Shown here piece after piece: positions 1 through 9,685 of a stretch of DNA of 64,000 bases (positions are counted from its first letter, which is position 1; every line of letters begins with the position of its first letter). Both the position numbers and the translations under genes were made by a program. The DNA comes from Alphaproteobacteria bacterium. GTDB lineage: Bacteria > Pseudomonadota > Alphaproteobacteria > SP197. The notes beneath the pieces were generated by a model. That model was not told where the DNA came from. It was given only the letters and a program-made list of their open reading frames with translations, and did no database searches. The DNA lies in the NCBI GenBank assembly GCA_964291265.2, contig OZ219747.1, positions 896,001 to 960,000 of the forward strand, read 5' to 3'.

Positions 1-65
1 GGAAGAAGGGCCGCGGACACAGGCGCCAGACTGATCGGCACGATGCGATACTTCAACCTTCTCAT
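1..65 (-). CDS. 5' end of a probable exported protein running off the window
   Basis: Minus-strand ATG at 65 reads MRRLKYRIVPISLAPVSAALL, a basic then hydrophobic signal-peptide-like start. Confidence 0.3.
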   Translation of the reverse strand, partial: MRRLKYRIVPISLAPVSAALL

Positions 66-361
66 CACGCAGTCCGTTGACGAAAGACGGTCAACACCAG
101 CATCCTTGAATGAAGCCAATAGTGCACAGATGAGCCAAGTTTTCAGCATGCATTCAGGCGGCAAGGGTCTGTCCCTCCCGGAGTCCTGAGGGGCTTGTAG
201 CGTTGACTGAAGGGCTCGTGCCACCAGTCTCCGACCCGTTTCACGGATCATCGGGGTGCCTGGCGGCAACGCTCCATCCCCGTGCAGATGCGCCAGTCCC
301 GTCTTCGGCCAGGCGCGCGATTGTGTGCCTCCCCCGTCGATGCCTGGTGCGGTGATCCGGA

Positions 362-526
362 CTACATGCGGATGAGGATGCCGAGGAGAGCGACAGCGGC
401 GATCATCAGGCCGACCATGGTGACGATCAGGCGTGTTTCCCGCTTCGCTGCGTCTTCAGCCAGACGCGCGATGTCGGTCTTGTACTCGGCATGCCGGGTG
501 TTCATCCGCTCCTCCAGTGTCGCCAT
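362..526 (-). CDS. Small coiled-coil protein with C-terminal TM helix (DUF1640-like), 54 aa
   Basis: Manual translation MATLEERMNTRHAEYKTDIARLAEDAAKRETRLIVTMVGLMIAAVALLGILIRM; below the ORF track cutoff; paralogous to 796-1047. Confidence 0.6.
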   Translation of the reverse strand: MATLEERMNTRHAEYKTDIARLAEDAAKRETRLIVTMVGLMIAAVALLGILIRM

Positions 527-542
527 CTTCGCGACGAGCGGA

Positions 543-806
543 TCAGGGGATGAACTTCAGGACCGTAACAATCAGTCCACCGACACCGACCTGGAGGCCG
601 GCCATGCGCCAGGTCAGGCGTGTCTCCATGGCAACGAGACGTGCTTCCATGGCGGCGAGGCGAACCTCCAGGTTGGCCTTCTTGGCCAAGTGCTCCTGGC
701 GGTGATCAACCGCGGTCTGGATCGCAGCCGCGTGAGCCTCCGCCACGCTGCGCTCGACACCTGCCGCCTCCAGGAGGTGAACGATCGCCAGTGTGTCAGC
801 CGCCAT
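543..806 (-). CDS. DUF1640/CCDC90 family coiled-coil membrane-anchored protein
   Basis: DTLAIVHLLEAAGV..AEAHA N-terminus, coiled coil, C-terminal hydrophobic helix. Confidence 0.75.
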   Translation of the reverse strand: MAADTLAIVHLLEAAGVERSVAEAHAAAIQTAVDHRQEHLAKKANLEVRLAAMEARLVAMETRLTWRMAGLQVGVGGLIVTVLKFIP

Positions 807-1047
807 TGGGTGTCTCTCCCATTGATACCTCGTGCGGTGATCTGGACCATATGCTCATCTGGATGAGGATGCCGTGCATGTTGTTGAGGAGAACGACAGC
901 GATTGCGATGCCAACGAGCGTGATGCCGATCTGCCATCGCAGACCGTTGCGGATTTTGCGTTCGAGGCGCGCCTCCCGCTCGGCCTGCCGGGTGTTGATG
1001 CGCTTCTCCAGTGCCGCCATCTTCGCGGCGAGATCACTGTCCATCAT
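796..1047 (-). CDS. Small coiled-coil/TM protein, paralogue of 362-526
   Basis: MMDSDLAAKMAALEKRINTRQAE...WQIGITLVGIAIAVVLL; start overlaps higA stop. Confidence 0.55.
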   Translation of the reverse strand: MMDSDLAAKMAALEKRINTRQAEREARLERKIRNGLRWQIGITLVGIAIAVVLLNNMHGILIQMSIWSRSPHEVSMGETPNGG

Positions 1048-1319
1048 GCCGGCTGGTGGCGCCGCACATGGATCTCGTCGATCCGCGCGCGCATCTGGGT
1101 CGCATCGTACCATGCCCGCATCCGCAGCAGTAGATCCATGCTGATGCCGAACGCCTTCTCTACCCGCATCGCCATTTCGGGCGAAAGCGTCGCACGGCGC
1201 ACGCCGAGAATCCGCGCCGCCGCCGAAACGCTCAACCCGAACTCCTCGAGGGCCTCGATCCGGATGAAGGCTCCGGGATGCGGGGGCGCCATCCCCATCT
1301 TGATGCCGGGGATGTTCAT
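1044..1319 (-). CDS. higA: HigA family antitoxin (HTH appears internally deleted)
   Basis: PPHPGAFIR...GLSVSAAARILGVRRATLSPEMAMRVEKAFG. Confidence 0.8.
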   Translation of the reverse strand: MNIPGIKMGMAPPHPGAFIRIEALEEFGLSVSAAARILGVRRATLSPEMAMRVEKAFGISMDLLLRMRAWYDATQMRARIDEIHVRRHQPA

Positions 1320-1610
1320 CAATGGTAGTCCTCCAGGTTGACTCGCTCGATTCCGCCGTCCCGTTCCTCGAAGGTGATCCGCCAGTTCCCCGACACCGAC
1401 ACGCTCCACTCGTTGCGGCGCTCGCCGGACATCCGGTGGACGCGCCATCCGGGAGCCGCCTCGCGGATGACACCCTCCATGGTCTCTGCCATGGCCAAGC
1501 GCCGCCAGGATGCCGCGTACGCGCTCAACGAGGTCCTGTTTCAGCAGCCGGGACGAATTGTTCTCGTAGAGCTGGCGCAGTCCCCGATGACGACTGGAGC
1601 GGACGATCAT
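1319..1610 (-). pseudogene. higB: HigB/RelE family toxin, frameshifted
   Basis: MIVRSSRHRGLRQLYE in one frame, PGWRVHRMSGERRNEWSVSVSGNWRITF...LEDYH in another; directly upstream of higA. Confidence 0.8.
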
Positions 1611-1656
1611 GTGGCGTGTGTGTGTACGGCAATACCGTACAATTTGCATGAGGCCT

Positions 1657-1881
1657 TCAGCGCCGCCGGCGGGTCAACCGGTGGAGCTGCTGACGGCAAC
1701 GGTTGCTGCAGGTCAGGGCCTGCGGGCGGTTGAGATCCGCGCCGCAGATGACGCAGGCGATGCCGGGCCGGAGCGGCCCGCGGCGGATCTTCTCGGCGCA
1801 CTCCGGGCAGATCGCGGGTGGGTGCCCAGGTCGACCGGCATGGCGAATCTCGCCGCGACAAGAGCGGCAGGTGGCGGGCAA
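1657..1881 (-). CDS. Small Cys-rich zinc-ribbon protein
   Basis: CRSC, CPEC, CVIC, CSNRC motifs with basic tail. Confidence 0.5.
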   Translation of the reverse strand: MPATCRSCRGEIRHAGRPGHPPAICPECAEKIRRGPLRPGIACVICGADLNRPQALTCSNRCRQQLHRLTRRRR

Positions 1882-2171
1882 AAGCGAGCCTCACGCAATA
1901 GAGTAACGATTTTGCCAGACCACGCCGCCGCAATCAAGAGCGGACCGGGACCACCGCCGATGTGGCGGCCATGATCGCCCGACGTCGACCAGCTCGAGCT
2001 TGAGCTGGCGAGCCTTGGCCTGATCGGTGTCATGTGTCTTGCGGAGCAGGTGCGTGCCGATGGTCGGATCATGTAATACCGTGCACCGCAGACGGAACAG
2101 CGGGCTCAAGTCCTCTTTCTCACGCGATGCCTCTCGTCGGTCCGAGGCATGGCCTCATTGGGATTGTGTGT

Positions 2172-3149
2172 TCATCGCAGCAAGACGGCAGTTTCATCGG
2201 CCTTGAGGGGGGAAGATCGGGGCGTGACGGTCCATCGTGCATGATCGGACTCGGCCCTGACCACCTGTCGGATCAGTCGTGCGGCCTCGCGCCAGAGAGC
2301 GGACACCGGCCGGTTCCTGGCGATGGCGAGCGAAAGTGTCCTCGCCATGACGGGCTCGATGATCCTGGAGGCGCCGAGGGTTGCGGGCTTTCGGCGGACA
2401 AGGCTGAAGGGCAGGATGGCGAAGCCTTCACCGGCCTCGACGAGGTCGATCAGCGGACCGTTGGCGTCTATCTCGATGGCGACATCGGGGATGAGGCCGC
2501 TTGATGCGAAGGCCTTGTCCATCACCGCCCGGAAGCTGCCGGGAAGGGCGTTGAGGATGAGCGGCAGCCGGGCCACTTCGTCGAGCGTGATCATCGGGCG
2601 CTCCGTCTCCGGCGCATCCGCTGGCCCGACAAGGTAGAATTCCTCGGTGAACAGCGCCTCGACATTGCCGGCTGGCCGTGGATGGGTGTCGGCGACGATG
2701 CCGAGATCGGCGACGCCGGTGCCGAGCATGCCGGGAATGCTGGAACTGTGGGCGGCGATGGTGCGCACGGCAGCTTTCCCGTGGCGTTCCCGGAACTGTT
2801 TCACGAGCGGCGCGAAGATGACGGAGCCGACGCTTTCGGGGGCGGCGAGCCGGACCTCGCCGACAAGTGTCTTCCGCAGTGTCTGGAGTTCATCGAGAGC
2901 GTGGTCATGGAGGCGGAGAACCTGCTCGGCATTCTCGAGGAAGTGCTGCCCGGCGATGGTCAGGGAAACGCCGCGGCCGGAACGGATGAGCAGAGCGGTG
3001 TCGGCGAGGACTTCAAGGCGCTTCACGAGACGACTGACGGCTGGCTGAGGCAGCGACAGAGCGTTCGCAGCCCCCGTCACGCTCCCGTGCCTCGCGACGG
3101 CGACAAAGCCCCGCAGCTGGTTGAACGTGATATCGGGCCGGCGCGGCAT
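2172..3149 (-). CDS. LysR family transcriptional regulator
   Basis: N-terminal HTH (QLRGFVAVARHGSVTGAA..QPAVSR), LysR substrate domain; divergent from the dioxygenase. Confidence 0.95.
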   Translation of the reverse strand: MPRRPDITFNQLRGFVAVARHGSVTGAANALSLPQPAVSRLVKRLEVLADTALLIRSGRGVSLTIAGQHFLENAEQVLRLHDHALDELQTLRKTLVGEVRLAAPESVGSVIFAPLVKQFRERHGKAAVRTIAAHSSSIPGMLGTGVADLGIVADTHPRPAGNVEALFTEEFYLVGPADAPETERPMITLDEVARLPLILNALPGSFRAVMDKAFASSGLIPDVAIEIDANGPLIDLVEAGEGFAILPFSLVRRKPATLGASRIIEPVMARTLSLAIARNRPVSALWREAARLIRQVVRAESDHARWTVTPRSSPLKADETAVLLR

Positions 3150-3301
3150 GGTGGAGGAGTGACCGTGACGCCAAGCTGTCCAAGGAAGTCGTGGCGAACC
3201 ACCATACCCTCAACGGCATCGTGAATATACCTCCGAGGACAGATGCAAGTGTGTCGATTGCGGGCTTGACTGTTGCCATCCGGAAAGGGAATGGAGCAGT
3301 C

Positions 3302-4516
3302 ATGGGCACCGACGCGCATTCCGGTCCCGGTGACGTGTCCGAAGACTCCCTGCGCATCGGCGGACTTTCTCGCGGGGAGCGCGGGCTCATCCTGCGCTGG
3401 CAGGACGGTTCGGAGAGTTTCTTTCACCACATTTGGCTTCGCGATTGCTGTCACTGCCCGGCATGCGGCGACTGCTACTCGAGCAACCGCTGGATGGTGC
3501 CGTGCGATGTTCCGCTCGACATCACCCCCCGCGGCGTGCGAATCGATGCTGGCGGCGGTCTCGTTGTGGAATGGGAACCGGACGGTCATGTTTCCCGCTA
3601 TGCGGGCCACTGGCTCCATGAGAACCGGTACGATCGTTCCGCGAGGGAACGTCGTCGCTTCCGGCCGGTGCTGTGGGACAGCCGGACCCAGGGTCAGCCG
3701 CCCACGTTCGATTTCGCCGGTGTGAGGGATTCGGACGTGACACGCCTCGCCCTCTATCGGGCGCTGCGTGATTGCGGCTGTGCCTTCATCACGAATGGTC
3801 CTTGCCGGCCGGGCGCCGTCGAGGATGTGGCGTCACTGGCGGGTGGACTCGGGGAGTCGGCCTACGGCCCGATCTTCGATCTCTCGCCGAAGGGGAATGT
3901 CCGCACCGCCGGAAACACCACGAGACCGGTTCCGCCGCATACCGACGAGGCGTATCGCTATTCACCTCCCGGGCTGATGGTCCTTGGTTGCGTGCACCAG
4001 GCAAGCGAGGGGGGTGACACCGTCCTGGTCGATGGTTTCCGGATCGCGGCGGTGCTGAAGGACGAGGATCCGGACGCGTTTTCGCTGCTGGTTCGCCATG
4101 AACAGAACTTTGTCCGGATTCACGAAGGGGCGCTGAACCAGCAGGTGCGAGCGCCGATGATTGCACTCGACAGCGATGGCGAGGTCTGCGGTGTGAGGAT
4201 TCACACGCGGTCGTCGGGACCTCTGGACCTCCCCGCTGATCTGGTGGAGCCCTACTATGCAGCCTACCGCCATCTCACCCGGTTGATGATGGCGCCCGAA
4301 CATCAGGTGCGTCGCGTCCTCGCTGCCGGCGACTTCGTCATGTTCGACAATCACCGCACGCTGCATGCACGCACGGGCTTTGCCGATACCAGAAGACACT
4401 TGCAGATTTGCAACGTTCCGCGCGAGGCGCTCCATGAACGCCTGCGTCTTCTGGCGGCGGCGAACGGTTGTGGCGATGAGGCGCGGATGGCTCTCCCGGC
4501 CGGCGCCGTTCGCTGA
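3302..4516 (+). CDS. TauD/TfdA family 2-oxoglutarate dioxygenase, gamma-butyrobetaine hydroxylase-like
   Basis: WLRDCCHCPAC zinc domain, HTD iron motif, FDNHRTLHAR; ATG 3302 follows GGAG (ORF track start 3191). Confidence 0.9.
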   Translation: MGTDAHSGPGDVSEDSLRIGGLSRGERGLILRWQDGSESFFHHIWLRDCCHCPACGDCYSSNRWMVPCDVPLDITPRGVRIDAGGGLVVEWEPDGHVSRYAGHWLHENRYDRSARERRRFRPVLWDSRTQGQPPTFDFAGVRDSDVTRLALYRALRDCGCAFITNGPCRPGAVEDVASLAGGLGESAYGPIFDLSPKGNVRTAGNTTRPVPPHTDEAYRYSPPGLMVLGCVHQASEGGDTVLVDGFRIAAVLKDEDPDAFSLLVRHEQNFVRIHEGALNQQVRAPMIALDSDGEVCGVRIHTRSSGPLDLPADLVEPYYAAYRHLTRLMMAPEHQVRRVLAAGDFVMFDNHRTLHARTGFADTRRHLQICNVPREALHERLRLLAAANGCGDEARMALPAGAVR

Positions 4517-4562
4517 CGTTCGAAGACCTGGGGCGCCCTGCCGTTTGATCGTCCCTGTCCGG

Positions 4563-5804
4563 TCAGGCATCGCAGCAACGCCGGCCCGGAAGTGGTGACC
4601 CGGACGGGTTCCGGGCGGCCTCTTCGAGCGCCGTGCCGAGGAAGCGGATGGCCTCGTCCACGCCGCCTTCGCCGTGGTCCACCTTCAGCGCGGCCATCGC
4701 GGTTTCGATCACCGAAAGCGTCCCGAGCACCATCGGGGCATTGACATGACCCATGTGGGCGATACGGAACGCACGGCCCGAGAGTTCGGGCCCGATGCCG
4801 ATGCCTATGGTGACGCCGCAGACATCGCGGCAGAAGGCGATCAGGGGTGCCGGGTCCATGTCGATTGTGCGCACGGTTGTGACGGAATTCGCGCGTTCGC
4901 CGGGCTCGGTGACGTTGAACTCGAGAACATCGCTGCGGCACCACCGGGCAACCGCCGTCCTCACGGTTTCGGCGAGCAGGCGATGTCGTTCGATGACGTT
5001 CGCAAGTCCCTCCTCGAAGAGCATTGTCAGGGACTCATCCAGGCCGAAGAGGAGGTGTTCGGGCGCCGTGCCGCAGTATTTCATGTAGTGCTCGGGTCCG
5101 TCGCGGAACTCCCAGTCCCAGTAGCGTGTGACGAGGCCGGCGGTGCGGCGGCGGTCCCTGGCCCTGCTGCCGACACCGTTGAACGCCAGGCCCGGCGGGG
5201 TCATCAGTCCCTTCTGCGATCCGGCCACCGCGACATCAACGCCCCAGGCATCCATCTCGAACGGCATGGAGCCCAGTGAAGCGATCGTGTCGACCATGAG
5301 AAGGGCATCGTGGCCAGCCATGTCCATGGCCCGGCGAAGCGCCGGAATGTCGTTGACGACACCGGAGGCGGTGTCGACCTGCACCGTGAGCACTGCCTTG
5401 ATGCTGTTCGATGGGTCGTTGCGGAGCCTTTGTTCGAGGGCGTCGGCATCGACGGCCCGTCGCGGGTGCCCGGACATCACCTCGACCTCGATTCCCAGGA
5501 CCTCGGCCATGCCTCCCCAGGTGACGGCAAAGAGGCCGCACTCGAGAACGAGAATCCTGTCGCCGGCGCTCAGGCAATTGCTGAGGGCCGCTTCCCAGGC
5601 GCCGTGGCCGTTGGCGGCGTAGATGTAGGCATTGCCCGTGGTGCCCAGTACCGCGCGCAGGCCCTCCAGGCAGTTCTTGGTAATGTTCAGCAGCTCCCCG
5701 TCGTAGATGTCGACGGCCGGACGGTGCATGGCGGCAAGGACCCGGTCCGGGACGGTGGTGGGGCCTGGAATACTCAGGAATTCGCGGCCGTTGCGAACGC
5801 TCAT
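4563..5804 (-). CDS. Class V PLP aminotransferase (serine-glyoxylate/alanine-glyoxylate type)
   Basis: IPGPT, VDTIASLG, GSQKGLMTPPGL, FRIAHMG. Confidence 0.92.
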   Translation of the reverse strand: MSVRNGREFLSIPGPTTVPDRVLAAMHRPAVDIYDGELLNITKNCLEGLRAVLGTTGNAYIYAANGHGAWEAALSNCLSAGDRILVLECGLFAVTWGGMAEVLGIEVEVMSGHPRRAVDADALEQRLRNDPSNSIKAVLTVQVDTASGVVNDIPALRRAMDMAGHDALLMVDTIASLGSMPFEMDAWGVDVAVAGSQKGLMTPPGLAFNGVGSRARDRRRTAGLVTRYWDWEFRDGPEHYMKYCGTAPEHLLFGLDESLTMLFEEGLANVIERHRLLAETVRTAVARWCRSDVLEFNVTEPGERANSVTTVRTIDMDPAPLIAFCRDVCGVTIGIGIGPELSGRAFRIAHMGHVNAPMVLGTLSVIETAMAALKVDHGEGGVDEAIRFLGTALEEAARNPSGSPLPGRRCCDA

Positions 5805-5929
5805 GACCAGCCTCCCTCCGTTCGCGAATCGTGCCAGCGACCGTCGATGATATCATGACGTCCCGGACGGGTCTGCATGGCGCGGTGACCGCCCAAGGCC
5901 TTCCCACGCTGGAATTCGCTTGATTTCAC

Positions 5930-7530
5930 TTGACGTCAGGCGTTCGTATGTTGCACGCGCGCGGACATTTTCCGCTGGCCATCCCGCTTGGGATGTGCGA
6001 CGGTCCGGTCATGTTGTCGATTCGCAAGCGCATGGAAGCTGTCCCGATCCATCAGGAAGCTCCTGAAGGTTTTTCCCTGTCTGAGGTTGAGGTTCGCCTG
6101 ACGAGGCCGGAGGAGCGTCCGCTGTGGGACGCGCTGATGAACAAGCACCACTATCTCGGCTTCCGTCGCCTGGCGGGTCGCGGTCTGCGCTACCTTGCGA
6201 CCTTCAGGGGCCATTGGCTGGGTCTGGCGGCGTGGCAGAACGGCGCCTTCAAGTGCGCTCCCCGCGACCAGTGGACCGGCTGGAAGCCGGAGCAGCAGTT
6301 CCAGCGGCTCTCGATGGTGGCCAACAACACGCGGTTCTTGCTTCTCTCCAAGCCCGGGGTGTTTGCGAACCTTGCTTCTGAGTTTCCTTGCGTGCATGAC
6401 GCGCCGGCTCTGTGACGACTGGCTGAAGGTGCACGGCCACGGGGTGCTGCTGGCGGAGACGTTGAAGCGATCCGGAGATCTTTGCCGGCACGATGTTGAA
6501 GGCTGCGGGCTGGACGTGTCTGGGTGAGACCAAGGGGTTTGCCCGCTCCAACGGGCGTTATACCGATCCCCACGGCAAGCCCAAGGATATCTACGTTACG
6601 GCACTGAGGCGCGATGCCCGGGCGCTGCTGTCGAGCCCGCTGCCGCTTCCCCCCGACGTGGCGCCGCCCTCATGCCCCGAACTGGCGCCCCGGGACCCCA
6701 AGGTGCTGCGCTCGCTCTACGCTTAAGCGCGGCCATTCCCGACTTCCGCCGGGCGCAGGGAAGGAAGCATACCGCGGCATCGGTGCTCACCGTGCACGTG
6801 CTCGCCGAGTTCGCCAACATGAAGGGCTGTGTCGCCGCCGCGCAGTTCGCGCGGTCCCTGTCCCAAGAGGAGTTGGAGGCCATCGGCGCCTGGCTTAACC
6901 CGAAGACGGGGCTTCGCGAGCCCGTCTCCAAGTCCACCATCCACCGGGTTATCCAGTCGATCGACACCGAGGCTCTGGAGGATGTGCTCGCCCGCTGGTC
7001 CCGGCCGCGGCTTCACCTCGCCCGTGCACTCGCCGCCGACGGCAAGCGCATCCGAGGCGCCAACCGCAACGGCGATGGCCGTCTGAGAGACCGTGGCCCT
7101 TGTCGACCATGAGACCGGCGCGCCCTTTTCCCTCCTGAACTTCAACGACGAAGGCGGCGAACTGGCGGCCATGCACGATCTCCTGGAGCGCAGCGACATC
7201 GGCGGCAAGGTGATCACCCTCGACGCACTGCAGACGACACGCCATACCGCAAAGCTGATCACACAACGCGCGGATTACGTCTTCGTCGTCAAGGGCAACG
7301 CTCCGGAGACCTTCGCCATCCTCGATGAGCATCAATTGGCAAAAAGACGCTACCGGCCACTTCACGGAGCCGTTCGACAAGGCGCACGGTCGACTGGAGC
7401 AGCGTTCGATCAGCGTCCTCGTCCCGCCCGCACGGTCTGATCAACTATCCGGGCGTCCGTCAGGTCGCCCGCATCACCCGCTATCGGGAGCCGTGGAAGA
7501 AAGGCTCCGGCGATACCGGGAAGGGGATCC
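5930..7530 (+). pseudogene. ISAs1 family transposase with N-terminal DUF4338 domain, multiply frameshifted and truncated
   Basis: HHYLGFRRLAGRGLRY..ANNTRFL..GWTCLGETKGFAR (DUF4338); PDFRRAQGRKH, LAADGKRIRGA, ITLDALQT, DYVFVVKGN, DKAHGRLEQR (ISAs1 DDE). Confidence 0.85.
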
Positions 7531-7880
7531 CGGAACGCTGCCAGAACATCAAGAACCAGGCATCCGGGCCGAAAACGCTGCCGGTGTCGCCATGCGGGCG
7601 GCACTGAAGCCACGGAATCCGTCCAGGACATCCCGATTCGGCCTCGATTCGTCGGCCTCGCGAAAGATCAGATGGCCGATTCGGGCGCGATTCATCGGCT
7701 TCCCGAAAAATCAGCCGTAGCATAGGAAAGTCCTGGTGACCGCCCGCCCTCTCCCTGAAACAAGGGAGCTCCCGGAAGGAAGGTGGTCTGCCATGTCGAT
7801 CCCGCCACGAAACGACGAGCTGCCATGACGGTATCCTCCCGATACACCACCACCTTCGTTCCGCGGAGCACACCTAGCTC

Positions 7881-9094
7881 GTGCCCGCCCGGAAATGCCC
7901 GTTTCGGCCGACCTTTCGGCGAAGCTTCGGGTTTGATCGTCTCCCGGAGCCGCCGAGCGCTCCGTTTTCGAGGCTTGTTCCTGCCGATTCACGGCGGCAT
8001 CGGGGCGAGCGGATCCGTTCCCGCTTGAGCGGGCTTCGTGCGGATAGGGTCTATTGTCGAGCTGCCGTCAGGCGGCGCGTCTTCGTCGTCGTCGGGACCG
8101 GGCCCGGACTTCCCTGTGCAGCAGCAGCCCGATGCGGTGGACATTGAAGGCTACCATGGACAGCGCCACCATCCGCGCAAAGCCGTCCGCTCCATAGGAT
8201 GAGGACCCGGTCCATGCCGCGTTGCTCGAGATTGTTGATCGCGGCACCCACGGCCGGATGCTGCCGGCGCATCTCCCGGAACGTCGTCTCAGCTTCCCGT
8301 TCCCGGTCCGCCCGAGAGAGCTTCCCCTTCTTCGCAAGCACGTTGTGATCCAGCAGTGCGTCCAGGGCGACCCGGTTGGAAGGGCTGTGGAACCCCTTGT
8401 CGAAACTGCACAGGCGCAGATCCGGGAAGCGCGCCTGCGCTTCCCGGATCACGGGTACGGCATGGTCCACGTCACTGCCTTCCCACAGGATCCGGTGGTG
8501 CAGGAGAAAGCCGTGCTGATCCTCCAGCACGGCCACCGGCACACCGAGTTCCACCGGCACACCGGTCTTGCCCTTCACGCACCAGCGCGTGTGCTCCTCG
8601 AAGATCGAGAACACCTTCTCGTTCTGCGGAATCGTCTCGCCTTTCAGCAGGCGCTGGTCCACCTGGTCGATCCGCCGGCGGGCATGCTCGAGGTGCGACT
8701 CGATCCTGATAACCGCGGGGCCCCCGACGCCGCGCTCCACAAGCAACGGAATCGTCTCCTGCGCCCGCCGGACCAACTCCCGGCCGGTGTCAAGGTACGC
8801 CTCGACATCCTCCGAAGAGGCCCGACGGGTCGCCGTACACGCGCTGAATTCCGCGCAGCATCGGCGGAATGTGGTCCCGCGGATGCTCGGTGAAATCGAT
8901 CTCCTCGATCGCAACCTGTCCCACCTCCAGCTGAGGGTGGACGACGTCTCGCATGGCCATTATCGCGAAGTTTTCCGAAAATCCGGCTGATTCGAGACCA
9001 AACCGGACGATTCCCGTCCCAAAGCGGGATTCTTCGTCTCCTATCCACAATTCAGGTATTCCAGTCAAATGGTTGCACTTTCTCGGGCAGGCAC
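7881..9094 (-). mobile_element. Internally deleted ISNCY-type (ISDol1-like) insertion sequence
   Basis: Imperfect terminal IRs GTGCCCGCCCGGAAA / GTGCCTGCCCGAGAAA; transposase pieces MRDVVHPQLEVGQ.. and KVFSIFEEHTRW..KGK..VELG..FDKGFHS; near-identical to 34708-35432. Confidence 0.75.
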
Positions 9095-9097
9095 GAA

Positions 9098-9179
9098 TTA
9101 CCAGCACTTTCTCAGACGATTGTCAGGAAGCCCCAAAACCAACCAAAATCAGCCATCATCGCACGGCCGAACGCTTGCC
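9098..9179 (-). mobile_element. Isolated left-end remnant of the DUF4338-type IS66
   Basis: Matches 59680-59759 and the reverse complement of 31480-31560. Confidence 0.75.
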
Positions 9180-9674
9180 GGCATGGTGCGGGCCTGGAAG
9201 CGGTTGAGTACGGTGGAACGCGCCTTCCGCAGCCTCAAACCCGTGGATCTGAAGGTCCGCCCCGTCTGTCACCGCACCGAACCCCGGGTCCGCGCCCACG
9301 TCTTCCTGTGCATGCTCGCCTACTACGTTGAATGGCACATGCGCCAGAAACTGAAGCCCATGCTGTTCGACGACGAGGATGCCGAAGGCGCCGAGGCCCG
9401 GCGGTCTTCCGTCGTGGCGCCGGCAGAAGTCTCGATAAGCGCCCGGGCCAGGGCGGCAACCAAGAGGACGCCCGGAGGTGATCCGGTGCACGGCTTCTCC
9501 ACCCTCATCGGCGATCTCGCGACCATTACCCGCAACACCGTGGCGCCTCGCCTTGCGGGCGCCAAACCCTTCCAGGTCGCCACGCGGCCCACGTCGCTCC
9601 AGAAAAGGTCTTGGACGACCTCGGCGTGCGCCTGTAGTGTTCCCAAGCGGACAGGTTTTGCGCTGACAGCTTGA
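9180..9674 (+). pseudogene. IS1634 family transposase C-terminal fragment
   Basis: VERAFRSLKPVDLKVRPVCHRTEPRVRAHVFLCMLAYYVEWHMR. Confidence 0.85.
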
Positions 9675-9685
9675 GGGAAACCATC

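Noticed and set aside
5930-6415. Druantia defence system
   Set aside because: DUF4338 here is transposase-linked and no DruE helicase or other dru genes are present
7540-7880. Possible gene between the ISAs1 and ISNCY remnants
   Set aside because: No frame gives a recognisable protein
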